This document shows, one piece after another, positions 50,900-61,689 of a stretch of DNA of 64,000 nucleotides. The first letter of the stretch is position 1, and the number at the start of each line of letters is the position of its first letter. The position numbers were made by a program, and so were the translations under genes. The DNA comes from Moniliella sp. 'wahieum' (lineage: Eukaryota), in contig RSEE01000013.1 in assembly GCA_003971905.1 (NCBI GenBank), forward strand, positions 496,001 through 560,000. Reading direction: 5' to 3'. The notes beneath the pieces are model-generated. The model was not told where the DNA came from. It searched no databases and was given only the letters and a program-made list of their open reading frames with translations.

Positions 50900-52185
50900 A
50901 TGGCCGGTATTGATGCCGTCTGTATCGAGCTTCGACGAATTGGAGGGGACAAGAACCCTCAAAGTAGGAAGGACAATCTCTTTTGGACATGCTCATGAGC
51001 GTATTCCCTTTTTGGATGGGAGCGGGTGGCCGCGCGATCTACTTGTACATTGTACCCCCCACATACGCAGCACGTGCTGCAGCCGACGGGTCATCAACGA
51101 CTATCTTATCAAACCTTTGTTGTCCCCTCGGACACATACAGAGCAAACGCATTTACGACGCAGGGCAAGCGCTGTCAGATGAAGGGGGGGATGAGTCGGA
51201 GAGACTCCAGAATCTCAACGGGGCCCCGACGGGCGCAGCGTGACTCAACACAGCAAAGCGTTTAGTTACCATTGGTTTTGCTCAAAATGCCATGCAGCAG
51301 CCACGTGAATAAGTGCCTCGAGCTCCCACCTACCAGGAGATTAAGATTGGTCCCTAGCTCCGGACCCTGCGCCGTTCCTTCCTAGTAGCGCAGCAAGCGC
51401 GAGTGTGGAGTGATGCCCACGCTTGAGCACACATCTTGGCTTGCACCCGCACTCAAACCGACTTTGGTGCATTAAATTGCGGTACCTCTGTGCCGGGGCC
51501 GACAAGGCCACGCTCGCGCATTCCGTCCCCACCACCCACATTCACAACGAGGCGGCTGGTAAGGAAGAGGGCGAGCGAGGCTTCGGAGGAAGGCGAGGGG
51601 TACGAACTAGTACCGAGTGATGGGGGACATGGTGCTTTGGAAGGATCAGGGGTGGAGGTGGACCACACCCGCGCAGTCGAGCATAAAGGAGGTGATGGCT
51701 GTGTACGGAACGGTGGTGCACAACTAAGGCATACCGCAACGCCTGTGAAGCATCGGAGGAAGGAGCTGCTTCGACTGTTGGAACAAGCCGATTGTTGGAA
51801 CAAGCGAAAGCGAGAAGGCCAAAAACTAATCTGGGGAGCATTCAGCAGTCTTTCTCCCCCTATAGTGGTTATGGCCACGCCAGAATACTATACTACCCAG
51901 GCGGTGAGAAAGATGGTAGGGAACTGGAAAGAAGTAACTGAAGAGTCTCATTGGTGATGGTTTATGGTTTACCGCTCACATAATGTCTTCCACGCTCATT
52001 CGTACCCACCGCTGTCTAGTACATCCAGTCTGGAGGCGAATGATGGACATCAGATAGCCCTGACCTGCGGAGGAAGACTCCGTGGGGTTCCCAATTCCAT
52101 TGGGGCCAACAAGCAGTACACTACGGATGAGAGCAGACCGATTAGGTTCAGCGCTTCTTTGTCCCTGCCTTAAGCTCTACTGTGT
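50900..52185 (+). mobile_element. Degenerate REL non-LTR retroelement relic (copy C)
   Basis: 51730-51960 encodes TATPVKHRRKELLRLLEQA...PIVVMATPEYYTTQAVRKMVGNWKEVTEESHW, homologous to copy F (TATPLERREKELLRMLEQA...PLV.TTRGYYGTKTAGKLFAHWKELATKSQW). Ends in the shared GCCTTAAGCTCT 3' motif. The extension upstream of about 51550 is tentative. Confidence 0.6.
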
Positions 52186-52252
52186 AAATGCTGATATGAA
52201 CACAATGATCGAGTACTATATAGTAGGACCAACGTGACTTTATCAAAGAGTA

Positions 52253-52540
52253 TCTCAGTGGAAATGGTTCCTCGCTCGGATGTCAACCACGTTCATCCGT
52301 GTCCACACACGCTTCCTAGGGTACGGGACCGGATGGCGAGAGCCGGAGGGTCCTGATATCCTGGCGATCCCCTGGTTCCTTGACCTTAGTGGCGCTTCCA
52401 AGTAACCCCCGCAAGATGAACGGTTCGCTTTAGACGTAGCGTTCCCCCTGTCCCAGCCTTAAGTTCTGTCAATGATATGAATTCGAAAGAGTACCACAAG
52501 CCCCATTTTTTTTCTGCACTGCTATACCATGACCACCGGG
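52253..52540 (+). mobile_element. 3' fragment of the REL non-LTR family (copy D), head-to-tail behind copy C
   Basis: Near-identical to 62039-62262, and similar to 61392-61530 (AATGATATGAATTC...GACCACCGGGC). Confidence 0.85.
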
Positions 52541-53447
52541 CGGAAAGTCACTAAAGGTATGGCGGTTGACCCTTCGTCGTGGCAGATGCCGGCATCGCCT
52601 AAGGTGCAGTCAAATCCTGCTCCTGATGTGATGGCGCCTCTTGTGAAGCCATAATGAGCGATGCTCATGATACCGATCCTGCTAACGACAATAGAAGGTC
52701 ATTCTCCCTCCATAGGAAATAACCTGGTTGATCTATGAGAATGAGAATAGTTCGGAGAAAGCAGGTGAGTATGCGGCATGTCAAAAAAGGCAAGAAGAGA
52801 AGGGCGTAGCGGGGGCGATGCATCTCTCTTTGTGGTCGTCGATGGGGCAGAAATTGTAGGAACGACAGGTGGATGTCATCGGGGGAAGTGGCTATGGGAA
52901 TGTCGGGTGCTATCGTTTGTGGTGGGTGGGCAGAGAGAGAGGTGGAAGTTCAAACGAAACGGTCACTACGAGAGACAATTAAAGAAGGGAATCAAAACCC
53001 ACATATACACCTGGTTACAAAATGCAAAGGACCAGGTGTGTGGCATCCCGACATGATGAAAGATATGCCGTGGGATGTGGCATCTTCTCGAATGTCACGA
53101 CTGATGTCTTCAGTACTCAAACCTCTTTGGACTTCCATCGGAAGTCAGTTATCAGTTCAGTAGGCGCTCTCTCCCACCTCAGACATTCGCTCACCGTTTT
53201 GCCTCCTCGTTTTGCCTCGTGTGCAGTTTGACGTTTCCGACGTCATGATAAGCCCCAGAGTCTCAGAGTCAGAGCGTCCGTTACCAGTCGTGCCTTGGTC
53301 TCTTTGCCTCCAATTCAGAAGGTATTGTGCTTTGAAACGGTGGGGTGTTGGGTGGTGGCTGTGTATGTGGTTCGCTCCAAAACGATCCTCTCTTTCATTG
53401 AACAGCACTCGATAAACTAACCCTAAGGGAAGCGCGAGTTAAACCAA

Positions 53448-53536
53448 GGGTTCGTGGTGTAGTGGTATCATGCCTCTTTAGGGTTCTTTGTTCCCGCTGA
53501 TAGAGGTGGTCCTCGGTTCGATCCCGGGCGGACCCC
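53448..53536 (+). tRNA. tRNA-Pro(AGG) with 17-nt intron (53484-53500)
   Basis: Acceptor stem GGGTTCG/CGGACCC, anticodon arm CCTCT-TT-AGG-G[intron]T-AGAGG, T-arm CTCGG-TTCGATC-CCGGG, followed by TTTTT. 72 nt after splicing. Confidence 0.92.
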
Positions 53537-53996
53537 TTTTTGACCTCGTAAACCGAGGTCTTGTTTTCGTTTGTGCTGCAAGCAAGCCCCACCCCTGACA
53601 ACAACGACCTGCTTTGTTTGCGTATCTACGAGCGAAACACCATCACGTTTTCTCCCGCAGGTTGCAAACCTGCTTCGCTAATCGCTAGCACACAGTTTCA
53701 TCGTAATGTTATAGTGAAAGTCGGAAATGTGGGATGTGCCGGTAGTGTAGTACGCCAGGCGAAGGGGATGACGATGAGGCCGGATGATGGGGAAGGGGTG
53801 AGGGGCTGTCAAGCCAAGCAGCAGAGGCACAAAGTGGATGAGAAAAAAGAGGTACACCTCCTGCTTTATGTCCACCAGAGGGGAAACATGAGAAACATGA
53901 CAGGACAATGAAAGAGACTTGAGCGCTCGTGCCGAAAGCATGGAAACGTGTCCAGCACAGGTTCCCTGCCGAACCACATCAGGGTGACATCGATCC

Positions 53997-54706
53997 TCAC
54001 ATGGCCAACTCGGCCTGCAACGCTCGGAGCTCGGCATCCTCGTCTTCCTCCTGGGCTTTCTGTTTGCCGGGCGTACTGGGGACGAGCGTTGTGACGGAGG
54101 GGAGCGCAGATTGTGGCACCCGTTCTGCCCCCACCAAACGCTCGTCCAGGCCTTCCTGCTCCAGTTCGTCCAGCTCGTCCTTAAGCTCGTCCTGTGGTTC
54201 CAGTCAATATCAAGTGCACCTAAAACAAAGGGAATACGCACCTCGTCAATGTCTTGGCCCATGCCGACCGGATTGGAGATCGCATCCGAGATTTCGTTGG
54301 TCAGGTCCATCTGTTCTCGGATCGAGTCCATGGTGGCATCGACCTTATCAATGTTGAGCGATCCATGGATCTGCTTGAGCGCCTCGGACCCGCGTTTCAT
54401 AGCTTGCATCGTCTCCAGGTTCATGTTGGCCGACTCGATGGCGTTGACCTGTGCCTCAAGCGTCATGCGCGTCCCAGCAATCCGGTCCAGCTCCGACTCG
54501 TATTGCTTCTTCTGCCGAAGCGCCTGCGTCGCCGCCCGCTTGTTCGTCGACACAAGACTACGAGCCTTGGCTTGCTGCTCTTCAATCTTAGTGTGTAGGT
54601 GTTGCTCCTTCTTGTCGAGCATCAAGAGATTCTCCCGCAGCCCTACAATCGCATCCCGCGGCGCGGTCCGACTCCGACCGCCAAACCAAGATCCCCATGA
54701 CGACAT
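53997..54706 (-). CDS. SNF7: ESCRT-III subunit Snf7/Vps32
   Basis: WFGG...RDAIVGLRE.L.ML.KKE.HL, AIESANMNLET, IDKVDATMDSIREQM, DIDE|DELKDELDELEQE (intron 54192-54241), ending LQAELAM*. Confidence 0.95.
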
Positions 54707-55231
54707 GACGATGGAACAAAACGCGCAAGTGACAGTGGTGGCGAACTCGAATGAAGAGCGTGCGAGAGAAATTCGAAGATCAAGCCAGAGAAGCAGACAA
54801 GGTCGCGGGCGAGTGGCGAATGACGGTTGAGGGGGGACAGATTAGAGGCAGCACCACGACACCAAGCAAGGTAAGGGGGATAGTAACCCTACCCGGTGCG
54901 GCCAACTGACGTCAGCACTCTCGCAGTCAACTAGTTACTAGTTACTAGTCAAGCTAGCCCTCGTCACATGATGTGACGTCACCGGTCACCCGTCGCGCAT
55001 TCAGTACTCAGAGAGCGCACTGCTTCTGCTACAAGTATGCCACATCACGCCTTCCTCAGGCCTCAGGTATACACGCACCATGCTGGCGTGTATCGTCTGA
55101 TCTGGGGGTGGGATTTTGGGGAAGGGTTTGAACACAACACGCACATAAAGAGTAGGTAGGGGTGGTACTTGGGGAGTAACAGGCATGACAGGAGCAGCTC
55201 GGGGGGCAAGGGCCAACATATCAACCGTCGG

Positions 55232-56327
55232 TTACGAGGCGACGGCTTTGGGCTCGACAGGTGCACTGCTCATCGTCGGGTCGGATGCAAGCTCGGGCGT
55301 AGACTCGGTCGGAACGCCCAACCGCTCAGCAGCTAATTGTCCAAGGGCGTATCGACCGGTAACGAGGGCCGCTACGCCACCTCCGGCGAGCCAGGGCAGC
55401 ATCTTGAAGAGAGTAAACGATGGGCCTCCGACCCAGTAGCGCAACGCAACCAGTTCCAGGTACCCGATCACCCCCAGGAAAATAGCCTTCGGCCTCTGCC
55501 CGGCCTTGGTCACTTGCAGGCCAAGGGAGGACCACTAGGATAGAAAGAGGGGCATCAAAGGTTAGCACTTATCAAGGAAAAGATAAGGGTGGCGTACCAA
55601 ACCAAGAAGCAGGGCCCACGGCAGGCCCAACGTCAAGACAGCAAATGCAATACTAATGATTGCCGGCGGCATTGTTTCGCTCGCCGGGATGGCAAACGTA
55701 TGGTGCTGCGTTGGCCAGCCGTAAAATCCATCCTCGTGCGCCCGCTTTTCGTACGGTGTAAGCGCAGCGCCTTCTTGGGGAAGAATGTGGCTGGGAACAG
55801 AAATTTGGCCAAGGCTGTACGCAAGGGGCGCCGCCTCACCCGCAGATGCCAAGAGAAGGTGGAGAGAGATGCGCCCGCTTCCACTCAAGAGAGGGGGGGC
55901 ATGCGGTCCAGCCGCTAGAGCACGATTGTTAGTTGCATGGTTGAGAAAAATGGTGAATACGTACGACAGTAAAGCTCGCCCTGTTCCCACTTCCTTTCTT
56001 GATGGGCACGGGGGTAGACACTTGCCGCTCTGGGTGGGCGGGGTCGGCGAGGACGGCAAAGAGTTGTTCGGGTGCCTTTTGGGGTTCGTCCTCGGGAATG
56101 GACGGATCAAAGGTGCGGAAAGAAATGCGCAGCACTTCGTCTGCCTCGAGTCCAAGCGGCTGCGGCACCGAGCTCGTTATCCACACGGATTTGAAAGGTT
56201 GGGTCAGGCGCGTGGCACCGTCAATGGTCGTGACTGCCAGCTTGCCGTCGCGTACCTCCCACGCTGATGCAAACACACTCCCCGCGACGGCGAGGAGGCC
56301 CAAGGCAGAGCTGATGCGGAAAAGCAT
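55232..56327 (-). CDS. SWP1: Oligosaccharyltransferase subunit Swp1/ribophorin II
   Basis: Signal peptide MLFRISSALGLLAVAGSVFA, luminal domain (PEQLFAVL), QHHTF...MPPAIISIAF, three C-terminal TM segments ending GRYALGQLAAER. Introns at 55915-55964 and about 55536-55595. Confidence 0.75.
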
Positions 56328-57466
56328 CCCAAGGAGCAATGGTGGAAGGCAGCAGCTGGTCCAGCTGATTCCTTGCGCAGACTGACTTCGCAACCAGCAT
56401 CGCATGCTCCACGTCGAAATTGCGCCTGACGTAATTCGAGTTAGCCCCTCCAGGGAATACTTTTGACCTTTGAAATTTGACCATTGATATATTGAGCCCA
56501 AGCGGTCGTCGACATTGGCAAACAACACTCCATCATTATGGTGCATGGCTACTCTAACGCGTAACGGGCATCCCCTCTGGGCGGCTGTTCGTCTGCCTCA
56601 GATTAGGCACAAGGAAATCGCTTCTGCGCGCGCCCTTGATGCGAAGCGTGAAAGGTTCAGGTGCCACAACACCATGATGGAGCTAGTATATAACTGGGAG
56701 TGCTCATGGACGTTGAGCGCTCGTTGAGCATGCTGTGCCAGTTAAACGAGCAAAAGATGAGGCGAATGAGGCCTCAGCCTGAGGCTACAGTCGCCACTGT
56801 TAGGTGGTGGGGGTGGCAAGGGCGAAGGTCAAGAGGAAGGGGGTTGCAATCTGTAGCAACTCAACGGAGAAGCGAGACAGGGGGAAGAACTGCCATCCAT
56901 CGATCGTGATGATGCTTAGTGTGCCCCCGAGGCTCTCCAGTCGGCGTACAAGCGGACGGTTGGCCATTGGGGGCTGTGTGCGGCAGAGCCAAATATTCCT
57001 TCTCCTTTCCCTCCCACGCCCAGACAGGGCAGACTAGGGCAGGGCAGGACAGAGCAGGACAGAGTAGGGCAGACTCGTGGCAGACGTGGCAGAACCGTCC
57101 TGTTGATCCAAAACCGCGACGCGGGAATCCGGCGGCTGCTTATTACACTCGCCCTGCACGGGTGCAGTGTGTGATCGCCAACATGGCGCAGCCAGCGCGT
57201 CCAACACTGGCCCTCTGCCTGCGCAGCGCAGCGAGTCGGGCTGAGCAGCCACAGGAGCAGTGCCCGCAGTGCACGTTCACCGCTCAGCCGCTCATCGATT
57301 ATCTCGCTCGCTGCGGCCAGAGTGGAGGCTGAGATGAGCGATCGGAGCATCGGTGAGGCCGCGATGGTCGATGAGGCCCACAACAGCAGCCTATAGTCCC
57401 CAGCACCTTCCAGCTCCCTCCTACCACCCCACCGCCACGGCCATCACCACCACCACCACTACCACC

Positions 57467-59130
57467 ATGTCTGCGTACCCACCATACGGAGACCGCCCCC
57501 TCAGCCCTGTCAATGCGGCTGCTCTCTACGATCCCCCCCAGGACATGACCGGGCTCGGCTCGCATGGTGGTGCGGGGCTGCAGCATGTGGGGCACACGGC
57601 AGGCGACTCGTGGGGCGCAGGGTACCATGACGCCCGACCTAGCCAGTCAAACATGATGTTTGCCGAGACTGAGGAGGACGAGCGTCGGCAACTCGAGATG
57701 GACAAGGGCGGGTTTGGGTTTGACGTGAATGAGGTCCCCAAGGACCTCTACACCCCGGCCGCTGGCAACCCTCAAGCCCCCCTACCCTTCTCTCCAACGT
57801 GACCGGGTCCACCTCTCGCCCACCCGCCGGAGAGGGAGACTCACGGGACGGATATGGCCCAGCCAACAAATTTGCTGACCCCACCGGGTACAGCTACCCC
57901 GAGCCCCTGAGCAAGGGACAACGACTGCTCCAAGCTCTTGGCCTACGCCCGATCCATCCCCAAGTCGCCTCGCAAATGCGCCAAAAAGGCGCGTATCGAA
58001 GACAACGGTATGCTGTATTTGCCTACATATTGGCCGTCATCTACATTGCCATCCTCATTGCAGAGTTGGTGCAATCATCACAAAAAACCGGCTCCGCGAT
58101 CCAGACTAAACCTTCGATCAACCCATGATTGGACCAGGCGCGATCTTTTTGATCAACTTTGGTGCACGTTCCGGTGGGTGTATGCGTCCCATGCCCGGCA
58201 TCGATCCGGCCACATTTCAAGTCCCTTGCTTGAACGTGTCCAATGCCATCGCTACCACCCAGGCTTCTCACCAGTGTTCTCTCGCCGACATTTGTGAGCT
58301 GAACAACCCGACGGTCCCCAACCAAACCTGGCGCCTCTTCTCCCCTATTGTGTGTTACCCCATACGCCCTCTCTGAGTTTACTACTGACTTTAGCCCTTT
58401 CAAGTTTATGCACACGGGCGTGATTCACTTGCTGGTCAACGTAATTGTGCAAGTTACCCTATGCGCTGAAACCGAGCGTCTCTTGGGCAGCTTGATCTTC
58501 CTTCCCTTGTACCTTCTTGGTGGTGTTGCGGGCAACCTACTCGGAGCCGATTTTGGCTTGGTCCTTCAAACGAGTGGGGGCTTCAGGGGCCATCTTTTCC
58601 TCGATCGGGGTGGAGATGGTGGATATCGCATACAATTGGCAGTACGAATGGCGCGCGGGCACTCGTCTCTTCGGCACGCTCGTCATTGCCATCATCTCGA
58701 TTGGATTGGGGCTGTTGCCTTACATGGACAATTTTGCTCACATTGGAGGATTTGCGACCGGCATTTTTGCCGGTATGGTCGTTTGCTCTTCCATTCACCC
58801 TTCTCGTTCCCACCGTGCCGCTATCTGGATCTGTCGTCTGATCGGGCTTGGCTTGCTCACTGCCTTTCTGGTTGCAATCGGACTCGTGTTAAGAATGCCA
58901 AGGACCCTGCGGCAGCATGCCACTGGTGCCGCTACCTATCGTGCCTTCCGGTGTTCAGCCAGTGCAAGGGCAACGGCCTTACCTACACCACCAGCACTGG
59001 TTCCGGCACCGGCGGCTCCACCTCAGCCTTGCCGTCGGCCTCGGCCTCTTCCCTTGGTGGAGGCGGGGGGGGCAGCGAATCTTACAACTTTGGTCCTCGT
59101 GGCTACCCGACTCCCTACCCCTTGTACTAA
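57467..59130 (+). CDS. Rhomboid family intramembrane serine protease
   Basis: NPMIGP, FGAR..CM, QTWRLFSPI|FMHTGVIH, catalytic GASGAIF and DNFAHIGG, C-terminal CHWCRYLSCLP. Intron about 58350-58404; indels. Confidence 0.88.
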
Positions 59131-59380
59131 GCCACGCTATCAGCCACGCCATACGCCAAGATATTTGTTCCTCTTTCCCTGACGGACCTTGTGTCGGACT
59201 TGTTTTTTCCTACCTTTCTTCTTCCGCGCCGTTGCTCGCATTCAGTCTGAATGGAGCTATACCCTCGGCTAGAGCCTCTCGCACTTGCCATGCACACCTG
59301 AATGTATCAACCCCCCAATTCGAGACCATCCGGAGTTTGCATGGTACTTGCATATCAGTAAAAGAGAGTGAGTGAGTGAT

Positions 59381-59995
59381 TTATGCGTGACTAAACTTGG
59401 CTACTGCCGCCTTGCTCTCCTGCAACATGTCCTCGACCAATTTGTCGACAACCGGGTCCATGGGGACGGTCTTGAGCTGGTCGTAGGAGTACGACGAAGA
59501 CTTGCTCTGCCCGAGCACGACGGCCTTTTGCTGGACACTGTAGACGACCCCCTCAAGGGTAGCCTTGGTACGCTTGGCATTGATGTCGCGGATGGTGCTA
59601 CCGATGATGCACGTGTCCGGGTAGACGACAGGCCGAATGTAGCGCAAATTGGCGCCGGCTAGAATAAAACTGGTGCCCTTGCCGCGCAACATGTTGGCAG
59701 CTTGTTCGGCCGGCAACCGACGCGCCATCGATACCAGCCAGTTCATCCGGGCCGACTCGAGCCAGCGGAGGTAATGGACATTGTTAACGTGTTGGAACTG
59801 GTCATGGTCGCCCCAGCACACGCGCTGCGTCCACAATGAAGGAACATCCATTCCCATCTCGGCCATACGTAGCTTGGCCTCCATCACCCCGCCCGTTCCT
59901 CCGCCTCGTTTTCGGCCAGAGCACGGACGATAGCTGCATCTTTGCCCCCATCAAAGGTCTCTACCTCGCTCTCCAGCGCGGCCTGGACCACGGGC
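59381..59995 (-). CDS. Hotdog-fold acyl-CoA thioesterase (4HBT-like), 5' end truncated by an LTR
   Basis: VCWGDHDQFQHVNNVHYLRWLESAR and LRYIRPVVYPD motifs. After one G-run correction the frame stays open, without a start codon, up to the LTR edge at 59996. Confidence 0.85.
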
Positions 59996-61391
59996 TGTTG
60001 GCCTAGGGAGCCGGACGGGCAGAAGGATGAGGAGAAGGTGATGGATTGGAGCCAGAGTTGGGTCTGGGTACAGAGGCATCTATATAGGAGGCTGGACTAG
60101 GCACAGGGACAGTGAGTCACACAGGAGAGAGTGCAGGGCACAGGGACAGTGACACGCAGGGACGTCAGCGTGGAAGCCGATGGAACCGAGGCGAACCTGG
60201 TCTACCGACTGGGAGCCAGAGGATCACAGTCAACACCCCGCTGGCCAGGGAACCCGGAGACATCGGTTGTGGGATGAGCTCCTGCCAGTGGATGTAGAGA
60301 GGGGAGGACTTGAGTGGCAACCGGGACGAATGGCCTGGAGTTGTGCATGGCCACACGACTGGCCTACACCCCCGCTGTCCAGGATGACACCTGAACGAGC
60401 CGAGCGCTTGTGGTTGGTGTATTGTGCGACCGCCAGATGCTTGTAGAAGTCTTAGAAGTAAAAGTAGTAGGGGTTGGCCCCGAAGCGATTTGGTGGGCAA
60501 AAGTAAAAAGCACCAGTTATAGGTGTAGTGAAAGAAAATTGGAAACTTGGAGTAAATGCGGTCCAAGGTCGTTTGGCATCAAAATTGGATGCGTTTGGTA
60601 GTTGTTTGGTTCCGCATGCCTGGTGCCAGTGGGGTCCATTGGGCATGGGAAATGAACGGGCGCTATGCGTCAACCGTCTTGATCTGTTTGGGTTCTCTTT
60701 GTTGTTGAAAAAGAGGAGTGGAAGAAGTTGGGTGACCACCCCCCCCCATCCTTTCCCCAGGTGCCCCGGATGAATTGGCAATCCGGGCGTGTAGCCGTGG
60801 GTGGGGCACTTGATGAGCAGCCACCCCGCTTTCTGCGATTCGCCTGCGCCGTTTTGTCGTTGGAGGAATTTCGTCTCGTTGACGATACCCGACACGTTTT
60901 GTTCCGTCGTGTGTTGTCCCTAAAAATCATTGCCCATCTGTGGGGGACGAGTGTGCCGATTGTGGCGGTAGTATGCCGATTGTGGCGGTAGTATGCCGAT
61001 TGTGGCGGTAAGGTGCCGATTGTGGCGGTGGTGTTGTTGGGCGGGAGGACGGGTGTGTCTTGTGGGCTTGGCGGCTTAGCTTGGGCTTGTAGGCTTGGGG
61101 GTGGGCTTGCTTGAAGAGCGCTCCCCTTCCGGGGGGATCAGATTGTAGCTCTGTTGGCCTAGGGAGCCGGACGGGCAGAAGGATGAGGAGAAGGTGATGG
61201 ATTGGAGCCAGAGTTGGGTCTGGGTACAGAGGCATCTATATAGGAGGCTGGACTAGGCACAGGGACAGTGAGTCACACAGGAGAGAGTGCAGGGCACAGG
61301 GACAGTGACACGCAGGGACGTCAGCGTGGAAGCCGATGGAACCGAGGCGAACCTGGTCTACCGACTGGGAGCCAGAGGATCACAGTCAACA
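59996..61391 (-). mobile_element. Non-autonomous LTR retroelement (TRIM-like, Copia-type ends)
   Basis: Two apparently identical 240-bp LTRs (59996-60235, 61152-61391) with TGTTG...CAACA ends and an internal TATATA. The 916-bp interior has no pol motifs. Short purine tract AGCGGGG precedes the minus-strand 3' LTR. Confidence 0.9.
60951..61030. repeat. Four tandem 20-mers (GTATGCCGATTGTGGCGGTA) in the leader of the LTR element
   Basis: Read directly. Confidence 0.9.
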
Positions 61392-61563
61392 GTTCGGTTT
61401 AGACGTAGCGTTCCCCCTGTCCCAGCCTTAAGCTCTGTCAATGATATGAATTCAAAAGGTATATATATGTTGGACACACCCCCGTTTTTCAAAAAACAAT
61501 TTTTTATTTTTACGAGGAGGACCACCGGGCCTACGGCCCGGTCGGCTGGGGCTTCGCCCCAGC
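61392..61563 (+). mobile_element. 3' tail of the REL non-LTR family (copy E), cut by the LTR
   Basis: Starts mid-motif (GTTCGGTTTAGACGTAGCGTTCCCCCTGTCC...) exactly at the LTR edge; matches 52423-52484. Confidence 0.8.
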
Positions 61564-61574
61564 ATGGTGCTGCG

Positions 61575-61689
61575 TCGCCACCTTAGCCACCGTTCCCCCT
61601 TCGCCACCTTAGCCACCGTTCCCCCGTCGCCCCGGCCCACCATCGCCACCTTAGCCACCGGTCCCCTTCGCCACCTTAGCCACCGTTCC
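61575..61689. repeat. Four copies of TCGCCACCTTAGCCACCG with variable C-rich spacers
   Basis: Copies start at about 61575, 61601, 61643 and 61668. Confidence 0.85.

Noticed and set aside
20864..59130. Calling the frameshifted genes pseudogenes or programmed frameshifts
   Set aside because: Indels affect nearly all genes, including conserved housekeeping ones, often fall in homopolymers and leave motifs intact. Assembly error is more parsimonious.
60951..61689. Short direct-repeat arrays resembling CRISPR
   Set aside because: Repeats are contiguous or have only short, low-complexity spacers. There are no cas genes and the context is eukaryotic.
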